Of a stretch of DNA of 64,000 nucleotides, positions 39,230 to 52,207 are shown piece by piece (within the stretch, counting starts at the first letter, position 1; the number at the start of each line of letters is the position of its first letter). A program made the translations under genes and the position numbers. The notes beneath the pieces are model-generated. The model had not been told where the DNA came from. It ran no database searches and worked only from the letters and a program-made list of their open reading frames with translations. Origin of the DNA: Vicugna vicugna (lineage: Eukaryota); the NCBI GenBank assembly GCA_013265495.1, contig MU061542.1, positions 154,972 to 218,971 of the forward strand, given 5' to 3'.

Positions 39230-40320
39230 ACTCCACTTAGCCTCCAGATACTACCTACTAATTGCATGAGTCCTGGATTCTCTTTCCTTCTCAATCTACA
39301 GACTTTTTCTCTATGTTATTTCTTCTAGTGACATGGCTATACTTGTCATTCATGGCAGTTATTTCTAAATTTAAATATTCCCCCTGATCTCTCAACTGAG
39401 GTACAGAATTGTGCATCCAATGGTCTGTTGGGAATTGAATACCCAACAGACTTCTGAAACTTAAAATGTCCAAGTAAAACCCTTGGTTTCTAATCCCCAA
39501 GTAGATTCCTCCTTCACTTTCTCCCATCTATGAAATGATTTATGCTCCTATCTATGTAAATGATTTAGTCAGTCAATTTCTAGGAGCTGCCATTCCATCT
39601 TCACTTATTCTATTTAATCTGCCCTCAAATTCTACAGGCTCTAATTTCTTTCTTTTCTTTTTTTTTTTGCTTTTTTTTAATTGAAGTATATTGTTTAAAA
39701 GCTGTGTCAATTTCTGGTGTACAGCACAGTGCTTCAGTCTTACATGAATATACATATATTCATTTTCATGTTCTTTTTCACTGTAAGCTACTAAAGATAC
39801 CTAATTTCGAAGTGTATCCTGATCCACTTGGTCTCTCGTTTCCTCATTGGCTACTACCCTAACTCAACCCATTATTTACTCATACTTACACTATTTCAAA
39901 AATATTCTGTATCATCTCTCTGTTTCAATATGATCTTTAATATCCATTCTCTACATAGCAGCAAATAACACTTCTGAAGTACAATTCAAAAAAAAAAATC
40001 CTCTACCTGCTTAGAGTACTCCTGTTAAAATCAACTGAAATGCAAAATACTAACTTTGGCCCACAGCACCTTACAAATATCTATCCTTGTTTAACATTTC
40101 CTTTTCTTATCTTGTTTATAATACATTGATCTCTTTTATGCTCCTCAAAAATGCAAAACTTATTTCTTCCTCTTTTTACTTTTTTCTCTCAAACCCACAA
40201 GAAATAGAGCATCCTTATTATTTAGATGCTACCTCCTTGTACTGTTCTTTTGTGATGACTCCATCTAAAGTAGAAATATATTTTATTTTTGTCCATTCCT
40301 TCAGAATAATTTCTAAAATG
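39230..40320 (+). mobile_element. L2 fragment interrupted by a short L1
   Basis: 'cccctgatctctc..catccaatggtctg..ctgaaacttaaaatgtccaa', 'ccattctctacatagcagc' and 'ctctacctgcttag' are L2 hallmarks. Confidence 0.7.
39649..39800 (-). mobile_element. Short lineage-specific L1 3'-end insertion with 8-bp TSD
   Basis: Poly(T) then aattgaagtatattgttt..gtgtcaatttctggtgtacagcac; TSD ctaatttc at 39641-39648 and 39801-39808. Confidence 0.85.
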
Positions 40321-41469
40321 ATCTTCTACTAAATTACTCTTGATATTGAGAGCCAACTTATCTAATAATCAAGAATTTGTATATATAAGGAAAATACATT
40401 TCATACTATAATAAAAATCATCTTGTGTAAATTGATTACTCTTAGTATAAAATTATAAAGGTTTTGCCTCTTATTTTTTTTCTTTATGCTACAAAGTTAA
40501 TCTTAGAGAAGTGATTTGGAAAATATGACAGATAATACAGGCTGCTGATATAGAAAATTCAGTTTTTAGGTATGGAAACACCCCAATTTGACACAATTAT
40601 TCATCAAAACAACTGTAATTGCTAGAGGTAAGTTGTTTATGCATGTGTAGCAGTTCTCTGGAGTAAGCAACAGAAAGGATTTATTTATTCAAGAAAGGTT
40701 CCTATTTCCTCTGTGTATCCTTGATTGGCCAGCTGTTTGTAAATATGTAGGATTATATTATAACACCAAAGCAGAAAGTACATCTAGGATTCATGAACCA
40801 GAAATAGAAACATGAACTAGAATTACAAACCAAGACAGCTAATCTCTCATGACCTCTTCAAGAAATCGTGGTCTTGCCTCTTTCTCTGCTTCTCAAGATA
40901 AACCCGTGTCACAGCTAACTTGTTCTCCGTAATTCTTTATGCATGCATGATCTAATGTGCTTATCCCACACAATACTGATTCTCAGTTCTAACCATGATT
41001 TCTGACCAATTCTAAATTCCTGAGAGAGATTATCTTCTTGTCCCAGTTTGAGCCAGATTTCTAAGCATGGTCTCTTTGCTTCAGCAGCTTAGAAGCTGTG
41101 TTAGGTAGAGCACATGGCTTTAAATTTTCAGTTCTTTGTAAGTGGAGCTTTCACAACACTTTTATGGACAAAGCAATAGCAACAAGAGAACTCTAATGTA
41201 TTTTGGTGGCAGAAATAATAGCTTTAATTTTACTTTGATTATAGATTTAAATGTACCAAACAGGTGTCATGAAAAATAAGTAATTAAAATAATTTATTTT
41301 CAATTCACCACCAACTTTTGCATTTAAATGTAGATTTATAGACATAAGTTGATTTTTTTAATTGCTAACTTTATTACTATTGCTATAAAATTTTGTTTTT
41401 GGAATTACTTTTAAACTTTGCATTCAACCTTTTAATTCTGTTTAAATTTCTAAACCCATGGTAAAGGCT

Positions 41470-41955
41470 AGAATATAGTTTATGTTACTGTAACATAGAG
41501 ACTCAAATATGTTTGATTCAAAAAACAGAAGTTAAACGTTTCTCATGTTACAGTCTAGAGGTAATTAGGTGTTTCAGAGCTGGAATACAGCTCTTCTCCA
41601 TACAATTATCAGGCTTAAATTCCTTTTGTATAATCTTCTCTTCAATTCCTACTGATGTGACAAACATTGCATATTTGATGCTTAGTCACTAGCTCCACAA
41701 AGTACATCCAACCTTTAGAAAAGGATGAGAGGAGAAGAGGGGGCAAGTCAATTATCTGAAGAACTTACACATGGGCATATTTAACATAATTTTTCTTATA
41801 CATTATTGGGCAAGAATTCATGTAACCTCAGAATTAAAACTCACTACAAAGGACACTAAAATATGGCCACTTTTTGAGCAGCTATGTACCTATTTTTTTT
41901 AACTAAAATAAAACAAAGAAACTGAATAATGAAGGGGACTTAGTCTTCTCTGCCA
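41470..41955 (-). mobile_element. MaLR LTR (MLT1J/K-like)
   Basis: 'gtttatgttactgtaaca..aaacagaagttaaacgtttctcatgttacagtctagaggt' and terminal 'tctctgcca'. Confidence 0.55.
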
Positions 41956-42859
41956 TTCCAATTATTTTATAAAAGAAATATTTTCTGGCATTCTTGATTT
42001 CAATTCATCTCTTGCTTAACTGTACTTTATTTTTAAGTATTTTTTCCTAGCAGTATCAATAAAATGTCATTTTACCTTCTCATATGTAGGTCAAATGACT
42101 TGCTATATAGGAATCTATAAAAATCACATTTTTTGAGACTCTAACATATTGAAAATTTTAATATCAGATTTACCTCTGTTACTTTTTTTTTTTTACTTTT
42201 GTTGTTTTGCCTGGATGTTATATGTCATTTTTCTTCATGATTGAAATGTAAAAAGTACACTGCAGGAATAGATCTAGCTATGGGATTGAAATGTAAAACT
42301 AATATTGCTGGTAAAACATAAAAGTTACACTTTATGTATTGTAATGTAAAAATAACATTACAGTTATATATTTGGCTAATTATTTTAATATTTTAATATT
42401 TTGTGAAAAAGAATAGGGTAGAATGAGATGGATAGGCTAGATGAGATCTCAGAGTGTTTACTGTCCTACAATATTCAGGAAAAAATATTTCATGAGAAAA
42501 TGACACCATATTCAGTATAACATAAGGGCCTCAATGTTTAGATGGAATGAGACCTAATGCTAAAAGAGAACTATAACTTTAAAGGTATCAACACCTATAG
42601 AGTCAAATGTCACATAGTGATAAAGGGGGTGGACTTAGAAACATGGGAGTGAGAGCAAAGAATACTATTATTGTAGGCAGTTAGTAGACAAAATTCTTTA
42701 GTTTTTTTTATAATTAAGAAGCTTGCACTCAATTATAGTTTTGTGGTAGGAATTTATATTGTTTTTGTTTTTGGTAACTAAAAGGATCTGAGTTTTATGG
42801 GAAAGGGAGATTTACAAATGATAGCACTTAAAAGTGGTTTTAAACTTCCTTGATACAAT

Positions 42860-42980
42860 TAACTTACTAGAAAACAGGGGTCATACCTGTCACCATTATT
42901 TTTCCTAAAACTGAAGAACAGAACCAGGTACATAGTAGATGTGCAATGAATATTTGTTGAATAAATGAGTAAGTAAGTGA
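42860..42980 (+). mobile_element. L2 3' end
   Basis: ggtacatagtagatgtgcaatgaatatttgttgaataaatgagt. Confidence 0.65.
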
Positions 42981-43014
42981 GACAAATCAAAAATATATTT
43001 AATTTCCTTGAATG

Positions 43015-43215
43015 ATCAGACTGTGCTCAACATTGAGCTGAGCAGTTTATCAAGATTATCTCATTGTGTTTAATATTTGCAAGGATTATTTTTGCCATTG
43101 TTTCTAGATGAAGAGACATAAGATAAGTTATGTAACTTTCTTAAGATCTCATGGTAAACTTTAAATTAAAAATACTATTCTTTAATTCAGTTTGAATAGA
43201 TTTGAAAGCCCTAGC
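43015..43215 (-). mobile_element. MIR SINE
   Basis: Diverged core 'gattatctcatt..ccattgtttctagatgaagagac..gttatgtaactttcttaagatctcatggtaa'. Confidence 0.6.
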
Positions 43216-43382
43216 TTTTTATTATGTTAATATTTATTGTGTTTTTTGTTTGTTTGTTTTACTTTCTATGTTATAGTATCTCCTACATTCCCAGAACTTC
43301 AATTCACCTACTTATCCACTACTTGAACTAATTCAACAAGATCCATTCCAAGTGTTCATCCATCATAATACAAATTCGTAAA

Positions 43383-43590
43383 GCAGAGTGGATTAAGGTT
43401 ATAAGTTTCAATTGAAACCTGGTTCTATTTCTCACTAGCTGTATGGTAGCTTTTACTTACCAAAGCCTGAGGTTCTTTATAAATTGGATTAAAATGAAAG
43501 CACCTACCTGATTAAATTGAAGGTAATGCTATACAAAGTTCTTCTCATTATTACTATCTCAGAGCAAGCACTTAATGATTCTAAATGTTA
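43383..43590 (+). mobile_element. MIR SINE
   Basis: 'gcagagtggattaag..aacctggttc..cactagctgtatg..agcctgagg..agcacctacct..agcacttaat'. Confidence 0.55.
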
Positions 43591-43832
43591 CAGAGAAGTC
43601 ACTATCCTTTGAGGAAGCTTATTTTTGCTGGAGCATCTGCTGTTAAAAAGATGTACATTATATTGGAACAAAATCCATTCCATGTTTCTCTTTGACTTTA
43701 GAAATAATACTAATGTCTCTTCTATGTATCTGTACTCTAAAAGTATGATGAAATTCATTGTTATAATACCATATCTTCTCCAAATTACATATTTTCTTAA
43801 GTGATCATTTTGTAGAAGTTAAAAAAAACTCT

Positions 43833-45922
43833 ACATTACAAGCCAATATTCCTTGTGAATATAGATGCAAAAATTATCAACAAAATACTAGCAAATTGAC
43901 TCCAACAATGCAGTAAAAAGATCATATACCATGACCAAATGGGATAGATCCCAAGGATGCAAGGATTTTTCAGTATCCACAAATCAATCAATGTGATACA
44001 CCACATTAACAAACTGAAGAATAAAAACCATATGATCATCTCAATAGATGCATAAAAAGCTCTTGATAAAATTCAACATCCATTTCTGATTAAAACTCTC
44101 CAGAAAGTGGGAATAGACAGAACATACTTAACATAATAAAGGCCAAATATGATAGATCCACAGCTAATATTACACTTAATAGAGAAAAACTGAAAGCGTT
44201 TCCTCTAAGATTAAGGACAAGACAAGGATGCCCACTCTCACAACTTTTATTTAACATAATTTTGGAAGCCCAAGCCAAAGCAATCAGAGAAGAAAAATAA
44301 ATAAAAGGAATCCAAAATGGAAACAAATAAGTAAAACTGTCACTGTTTGCAGAAGTCAATGGTACTATACATCGGAAACCCTAAAGAAGCAACCAGAAAA
44401 TTGCTTGAACTCATTAAAGAATTAGTAAAGTTAAAGGATAGAAAATTAATATACAGAAATCAGTTGCATTTCTATACAACAACAATGAAATAGCAGAAAC
44501 AGAAATTAAGGAAACAATACCATTTACCATTACACCAGAAAGAATAAAATACCTAGGAATAAACCTACCCAAGGAGGCAAAGGACCTGCACTCCAAAAAC
44601 TATAAGATACTGATGAAAGAAATTGAAGACAACATAAACAAATGCAAAGATATATTGTGTTCTTGGATTGGAAGAATCAATATTATTAAAATGGTCATAC
44701 TACCCAAGGCAATATACAGATTCAATGCAATCCTTATCAGATTACCAGTAGCATTTTCACAGAGCTGGTACCAAAAAAAAAAAAACTTTTTAAATTTGTA
44801 TGGAAACACAGAAGACTCCAAATAGCCAAAACAATCTTGAAAAAGAAAAACAGAGCTGGGGGAATCACACTCCTTGACTTCAGACTATACTACAAAGCTA
44901 TAGTAATCAAAACAGTATGGTAGAGGCACAAAAACAGACACATAAATCAATGCGACAGGATTGAAATTCCAGAAATAAACCGACACATGTATGGTCAATT
45001 AATCTATGACAAAGGAGGCAAGAGAATACAGTGGAGAAAAGACAATCTCTTCAGTAAGTGGTGCGGGGAAAACTGGACAGCTATCTGTAAATTACTGATA
45101 TTAGAACATTCTCTAACACCATATACAAAAATAAATTCAAAATGGATTAAAGACCTAAATGTAAGACCAGGCATTATAAAACTCCAAGAGGAAAACATAG
45201 GCAGAATACACCTGGACATAAATCACAGCAATATATTTTTTGAATCAGCTCCTAGAATAATAGAAATAAAACCAAAAATAAAGAAATGGGATCTAATTAA
45301 ATTTAGAAGCTCTTTCAGAGCTAAGAATACCATCAACAAAATGAAAACACAACCTATAGAATGGGAGAAAATATTAACAAATGATGAAGCTGACAAGGGA
45401 CTAATTTTCAAAGTATACAAACAGCTTATATACCTTAATATCAAAAAAAAAGCAACCCAATCAAAAAATGAGCAGAACTAAGTAGACATATCTCCAAAGA
45501 AGACATACAGATGGGCAATAAGTACCTGGAAAGATGCTCAACATCACAATTGTTAGAGAAATGTGAATCAAAACTACAATGAGATATCACCTCCCACCAG
45601 TCAGAATGGCCATCATTAAAAAGTCAACAAACAAGTGCTGAAGAGGGTGTGGAGAAAAAGGGACACTCCTACAGTGTTGGTGGGAATGTAAATTGTCCTA
45701 TGGAGGACAGTATGGAGGTTCTTTAAAAAAAATAGACTTACCATATTGTCCAGCAATCCCACTCCTGGGCATGTGTCCAGAGAAAATACAATTCAATAGG
45801 ACCATGCACCCCACTGTTGAGAATAACACTATTTACAATAGCCAGGACATGAAAACAACCCAAATGTCCATCAACAGATGTCTGGATAAAGAAGATGTGG
45901 TGTATGTATGTGTGTGTGTATA

Positions 45923-45974
<52 letters not shown>

Positions 45975-46395
45975 CTCAGCCATAAAAAAGAATAAAGTAA
46001 TGCTATTTGCAGCAACATGGATGGACCTGAAAATTGTCATTCTAAGTGAAGTACACCAGAAAGAAAAAGAAAAATCCCATATGATATCACTTGTATGTGA
46101 AATATTAAAAAAAAAACCACAAATGATTTTACCTACAAAACATAAACAGATTCACAGACATAGAGAACAAATCTATGGTTACCAGTGGATAAAGGGAGTG
46201 GGAAGGGATAAATAGGGAACTCAAAAATGGCACCTCTTGGAGAGTGATGGAAATGTTAGCTATGTTGATTGTGGTAGTGTTTTCATTTTGTGTATACATG
46301 TATCAAAATTGATCAAATTGTACACCTGAAATATGTGTAGTTTACTGTACAGGAACCATACCACAATAAAAGTGTTAAAAGTAAGTAAATAAATA
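43833..46395 (+). mobile_element. 5'-truncated L1 (RT to 3' end) with atypical 3' tail
   Basis: ORF2 remnants include [23 protein letters not shown] and YGQLIYDKGGK..LTPYTKINSKWIKDLN. Candidate TSD aaa(a/t)aaactct on both sides, the left copy preceded by TT. Confidence 0.92.
45898..45974. repeat. (TG)n(TA)n microsatellite inside L1
   Basis: Visible directly. Confidence 0.9.
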
Positions 46396-47223
46396 AACTC
46401 TCAGAACACAAAACATCTCAACTTTCATTTTTCAAATTTCAACTCCTTTCAATTAACTTGATGCCAGAATCTCTCTAAATCCCATAAATATAGTTCATTC
46501 CTAAAAGTTTTATCTACATAAAAAATTCTGTTCTTTAAATTGTAAGTATTTAGTCTCTGGCTCCACTCCCTAGCCATCTCATGTAATTTCCAAATATTGT
46601 GCTATTCTATGTTACTTGAAATATCTATCATTATTTCAATTCAATTAATTTATTTGCTTGCCTGTTTAATTGTAATTATTTGGCACTAAAATTTAAACTT
46701 TATCAAACAAGCTGTTCTATCTTCCATATCACTGTATTATTTGTATCAAGATTTGTGCCTGGTGTACATTTCTCACTATGCTTAAATATTTGTGATTTTA
46801 TTTAAACATATTTAATAACTTTTTTCTTTAGTTTCTACCCTTGTCTATGTCTGAATTTCTTTGAAATTATGGTTTTATAAGTGAATTAAATTCTCTAGCT
46901 AAAAGGAAAACGTGACTGCCCTATTCCGTCCCCTAAATATTATATAACTATAATTGCATCAAAGTTTATTACAATTTTTCATAGACATCAAATATGGGCA
47001 AGGGATGGTTAGGGAGAAATTAAATATTCAAGAGGAATTAAGTTCATTATTATAATATAATCCAAAAAAAGGTAGGAGGATAGAATTGTAAGCACAGGTG
47101 ATATGATTAGTTTTAGAAGAACATCAAGCCATGTCTCTTTCAGAGACAGACAAGAGAAATAAAGAGCAGAAAAGTGAAAGCAGTGATTTGAAAAAAGGAA
47201 AGAAGATTGCTCCATTAAACGAC

Positions 47224-47234
47224 ATATATATATA

Positions 47235-47286
<52 letters not shown>

Positions 47287-47299
47287 GCTATATATATAT
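47224..47299. repeat. (TA)n(TG)n(TA)n compound microsatellite
   Basis: Visible directly. Confidence 0.9.
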
Positions 47300-48634
47300 T
47301 ACATTTTTGCATCATTAACATTTTGGGGAAGTAAGTTAAACTGAGAAAAACAACAAAAACCATAACAGAAACTCCAAGAACAATAATGATATTAAAAATA
47401 ACTTATATTTGTTTAATATTTGCTACATGTGAAACATTCTTCTAAAAACTTCAAATATGTTAATTTATTTAATCATCACAATATAATTTATTATATTTCT
47501 CTTATATTTATAAGTCTTTCTTTAACTATAGAATGAAAAGTTCCCTCAGTCTTTAATATGTCATTTATATTTAAATAAATCTGAATTGGTAGTGATATCA
47601 GCCATTTTACAACAACCTGGACTTGGAATTATCCTTTCTTCACTAGTTAATTATTCCATAGATTCATGTTTGGCTTGTTTTCCATGACAAATTGTCCTGT
47701 TTTTCACTCTATATGCCTTAAGGTGAATGATTTAATAAAAATGGAAAAGTAGTTTCTCCAGTTCTTATTTCACTTGTCTGAGCATACCAATATTGTGCTT
47801 TCTATTATAATTATTGTCATCACATTTTCAGCTTATTTATGTAATTAGATAGTATTTGAATGCTTATAGATTAGAATTTAACAATAGAACTTTCTGTGCC
47901 TGGTGCTAATAACTCACAACCTCAGGTAATTTTGTTTTATTTTTCCCTATTGAAATTTTCAGTTACTTCTGAACTGATTTGAGTTTGAAATAATGCCAGG
48001 GAAAAGTGGAATGTTCTATTTCCTTTTTTTTATTCAGTTTATTACCTTTAGATCCTTTTGAAAAAAAAATCAATATAAAATGTCTATGAAAATTCAACGA
48101 TAATTTACAGAACATACAATGATACTTTTACATTTAAAAATACATTTAAGAACCATTTATCCTACCAAGTATGCTGAAGTGGTTGTTTATGAAAAGCAGC
48201 AGTAGTTATATTCACTCAGGGCATGTCTTCATTTGAATCAGCATTCTTAAACTTCCATCGAATTCAAGCTGTCACCTTCATTTCTAATGGCTCATTGATT
48301 TTGGAAGTCATGGTCATTTCTTCTTTCACATTTCTGTCAAGATAGTTGTATAGGCTAATAAAAAATATGTCTCCTTATAAGGAATATATGAATTTGCGTA
48401 TATGACTCACTGTCTCAGAAGGCTGATATTGAACTGTGGCTAAAAGGATTAGGAATGTAAATCCAACATGACATGTTATTGGGTCATATTTTAAGAAACA
48501 GACAATTTTTATTTATTATTTTCCTGAATTGTGGAGTAATTAATCTTCATTCAATGTCTTTGAGATCCCTCTCATTTTACTACTATAAATTGCTACAGTT
48601 TTCATATCCTATAATTATTTATTAGTGGAATTTC

Positions 48635-48803
48635 TTTTTTTTACATTTTTTATTGATTTATAATCATTTTACAATGTTGTGTCAAATTCCAGTGCAGAGC
48701 ACAATTTTTCAGCTATACATGAACATATATATATTTATTGTCACTTTTTTTTCTCTGTGAGCTACCATAAGATCTTGTATATATTTCCCTGTGCTATACA
48801 GTA
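48635..48803 (-). mobile_element. Short 3'-end fragment of the young L1 family
   Basis: Near-identical to about 20475-20637 and 55990-56157; no TSD found. Confidence 0.88.
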
Positions 48804-49154
48804 CTGCAGATTTAGCACAAGAATATTTTATTATGTAGTATTACTTATTATTTCTATTTTAATTGCCTATTGGTTATTTTACTATTTAACCTCAAATCAC
48901 AGACTTTAAGGTTAGAAATCATGTCAGAATTTGATTTGTCTCAGACTTACATGTCACTTTTAACACCTCTACCATGAGAAATCAATAGAAATATCTGGGC
49001 CATGGTTGTCAGATATCAGGAAAATAATACATACTCACCTACATCACCTAACATTATGATGGACAAACTTTCATGATTTTTCACCTTGTTATAAAATATT
49101 TGTTATTATGCAGATACCTGGTATTAAAATATAATTGTGTGCTCTTTTTCTTTT

Positions 49155-49505
49155 ACTTATATGTGGAATCTAAAAAAAAAAAAAGAACACAAATGAACTT
49201 ATTTACAAATTAGAGGCAGACTCACAGACAGAAAATAAGCTTATGATTACCAGGGTGGGAAGGGGTGGGGAGGGCTAAATCAGGAGTTTGGAATTTATGG
49301 ATAATAACTACTATATATGAAAAAGATAAACAACAAGGCCATTTTGTAAAGCACAGGGAATGATATTCAATACCTTGTATAACCTATGATGAAAAATAAT
49401 ATTAAAAGGAATATATATATATATGTATAACTGAATAATTATGCTGTACACTAGAAATTAATGCATTGTAAACTGACTATATGTCAATTAAAAAAACAAA
49501 ATAAT
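49155..49505 (+). mobile_element. L1 3' end (last ORF2 codons and 3' UTR)
   Basis: cttatatgtggaatctaa (LICGI*), G-rich tract, 'agcacagggaatgatattcaatacc' and an A tail. Confidence 0.88.
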
Positions 49506-50149
49506 AAAATTGACAAGAAGATATACATATATAATTGGATCACAGGCAAAAACATTCCTTCTATATCCTGTGTTGAATCTACTCAAAGTGTTTTATTAGT
49601 ATCTGTCCATATATTTGCATAATAGCTTTCCCTTTTACTTTTTGTTACTCCAATTAACTGTTTGAGAATTCTACCTCTAGTTCATTATTTCTCTGATAAA
49701 AATCAGCTGCTAGTTATGCAAGATTCATTTAATTTTCTGCTTTAAAGAGCATTGTCCAAACTATTAATCTTTGGTTTTCATTCTATAATATCAAAAAGAC
49801 AAGGTCCTTGAAAATATTCTATGAGGAATTTCTTCCTTTCCTTTAGTATTGGTATTTGAAGGAAAATGTGTAGATAATAGGAGAAAGTGTTATAATCTTT
49901 ATTTAAGAATTTGATGTTTATATGTATAAATTATTATTTGACAATCCTAGTGTTAAGGTCCATATAGGCCAGTTAAATCTTATAAAATTCAGCTGGTCAA
50001 AATGTCATTTTCTTCACATTGTTCCACAACACTTCTAAGGCCACATCTTAAGGATGCTTTAGTGGGAAAAATAAGGAAATTTTGTAGCACCCTTGACATA
50101 CCATTAATGAACCTCAACATTTTTTTCAATATTGCTGTCAGGCACTGTA

Positions 50150-50840
50150 GGCATCAAACCATTAATGCAACATATGTTTATTTGTTATCTATAGGAGACC
50201 TAGATTTTCTGAGTGATACAAAAAAAGTGGAAGCTCTGGTAACTCATTCAAAGAATTTAATTAAAAAGTGAGAAAAGTAAGACATAAGGATAAAACATAC
50301 TCAGGCTGTTGGTGCCTAGGTAATAAGAGAGAACAATTTGGCAAATGAGGAATAGCAGAAGTTCTTTAAAGTTAGGAAATTGTGTAAAGAATTCATGCAA
50401 GGAATATCTAAGTTATGTATCAAGGTGTCTAGGATTTCAATTTGGAGATAGATGCAGCCCAATAAGGAAAAAAATTTTTTTACAAATAGAATTATGGAAA
50501 GGGTAGAATTATATTTAAAAACCAAGTTTTGGTCTAGTTTACTTGATATATAGGAAATATTAATAGGAAATGGTGAGGCTGGAGCCAAAAGGCTTGCTAT
50601 GCCAAGGGTTTTCTATGGGCAAATGGCAGTCACAAAAGATTAATGAGTTGAGAAATGACATATTTAGGTCTGTGGTTAGAAAATTATATTTGTAATACAG
50701 TATCCAGTGAACTATTGAGGGTGGGATACACATTTTAAGAATTGAGTAAGGAGTTATGATTAGGAAATAGAGGGAAGGATCATAAATTAACAAATGACTA
50801 AAAGGTAGACAAAGTCTTGATATAAGTTTGGATATAACTG
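50150..50840 (-). mobile_element. Probable L2 fragment
   Basis: Purine-rich, L2-antisense-like 'ggagccaaaaggcttgctatgccaaggg..gaaatgacatatttagg'; weak. Confidence 0.4.
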
Positions 50841-52207
50841 AAAAATACCCTATTTTTTCTTAAATTAAAATGCATCATTTTATAACAAATTATACAAATA
50901 AATAGATGTTAATAGATAATATCAATTACGCAATTCTTAGTTTTCAAGATATCTTTTCACTATCTAAGAATTAGTAAAAGATTTTTTAAAATTTATTCAT
51001 TATACTATGTACATAAAGGGGTTATGGATATAACAATGGTTGATCAACCACTCACATGTATTCTGGAGTAAAATGCAAAATACTACTGCCCCTTCTATGG
51101 GTTCAGTTGCTGAGGAACTGTCTTATTGCCACACAGACAAAGCAGTAGTTTTGTTCAAACAGAACTGTCTCATTTCATAATGCCTGGTGTCAACATAATG
51201 ACAATCAATTGTATATGGTTCCCACTTATGTTGCAATATCTGCTATAACATATGTAGTAATCCTATGTTATTTATTTTATTTGTTAATATGTACATATGT
51301 TTGTGTTTGCTCTGTAAAGTTTATAAAGTGTTTTATAGTAAATTGCTAACATGTTGAAAAGCAAAAGGAGTATCTTAGACATACCCAGACTATAAAGACA
51401 AAATATAAAATACCAAAAAGAATTAGACTAATGCGAAATATGAATTTCCTGAAAATCTATATACTTACTTAGCTAAAAATTTGTTTATATGCTTTCTAAT
51501 AGCCAACACACACAAAAAAATTGACAATTACAGGATTCACAAAAAATAACTAATCCATGACAAAGAAGTAAAATTATTCCAGACAGAGCTGTCTTCTAAG
51601 AAGTTGAATAAAAAGACACAACTTTTATGTATCATTTTCATATTTACTTGACAGTATGTTCATTGAATTTTGTTATAATGTCATGTACTTTCAAAGGTGA
51701 AACAAGATAGATGAATTGTGATTAGTGGAAAACACTAGCTATAGAGTAGGGGGAAAACATTTAAAATATTGCGGGGTTTGTTACTTATTTAAAATTTCTT
51801 ACTCTTATAAGGGCTCAAATTATTCCTACAGTTAATATTTTATATATTTCAAACCAGTGTCTAGATAATTAATTCATCTTCTCAAAGTGTTTTAAAGTGT
51901 CATTTCCTTGTGACATAATTTCTAAATTCAAAGCAGTTGTGTTATTCTTGGTTTCTTTTATGGGACATTATAACATTAATTCAACTGTGCTCAGTGTTGT
52001 TGGTACACTGATTAGTCCTTGTTATCAGGAGATTGTAGTATAAAGAGGAAAACATATATATTTAAATGTATTTCCATGATTGTATACGTGCTTATAATGA
52101 GTATGATTAGATACAATTCAGAAAATAAAAATTCTCTAAGAAAGGTTACTAGTGATGTTGCCTGAAAGATCTTTTAAAAAGCAGTAAGTTGAGTTACAAG
52201 AAAAAAT

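Noticed and set aside
48270..48365. Possible minus-strand 79-bp exon (LYNYLDRNVKEEMTMTSKINEPLEMK)
   Set aside because: Weak acceptor and donor (gtgaca), no recognisable protein and no partner exons
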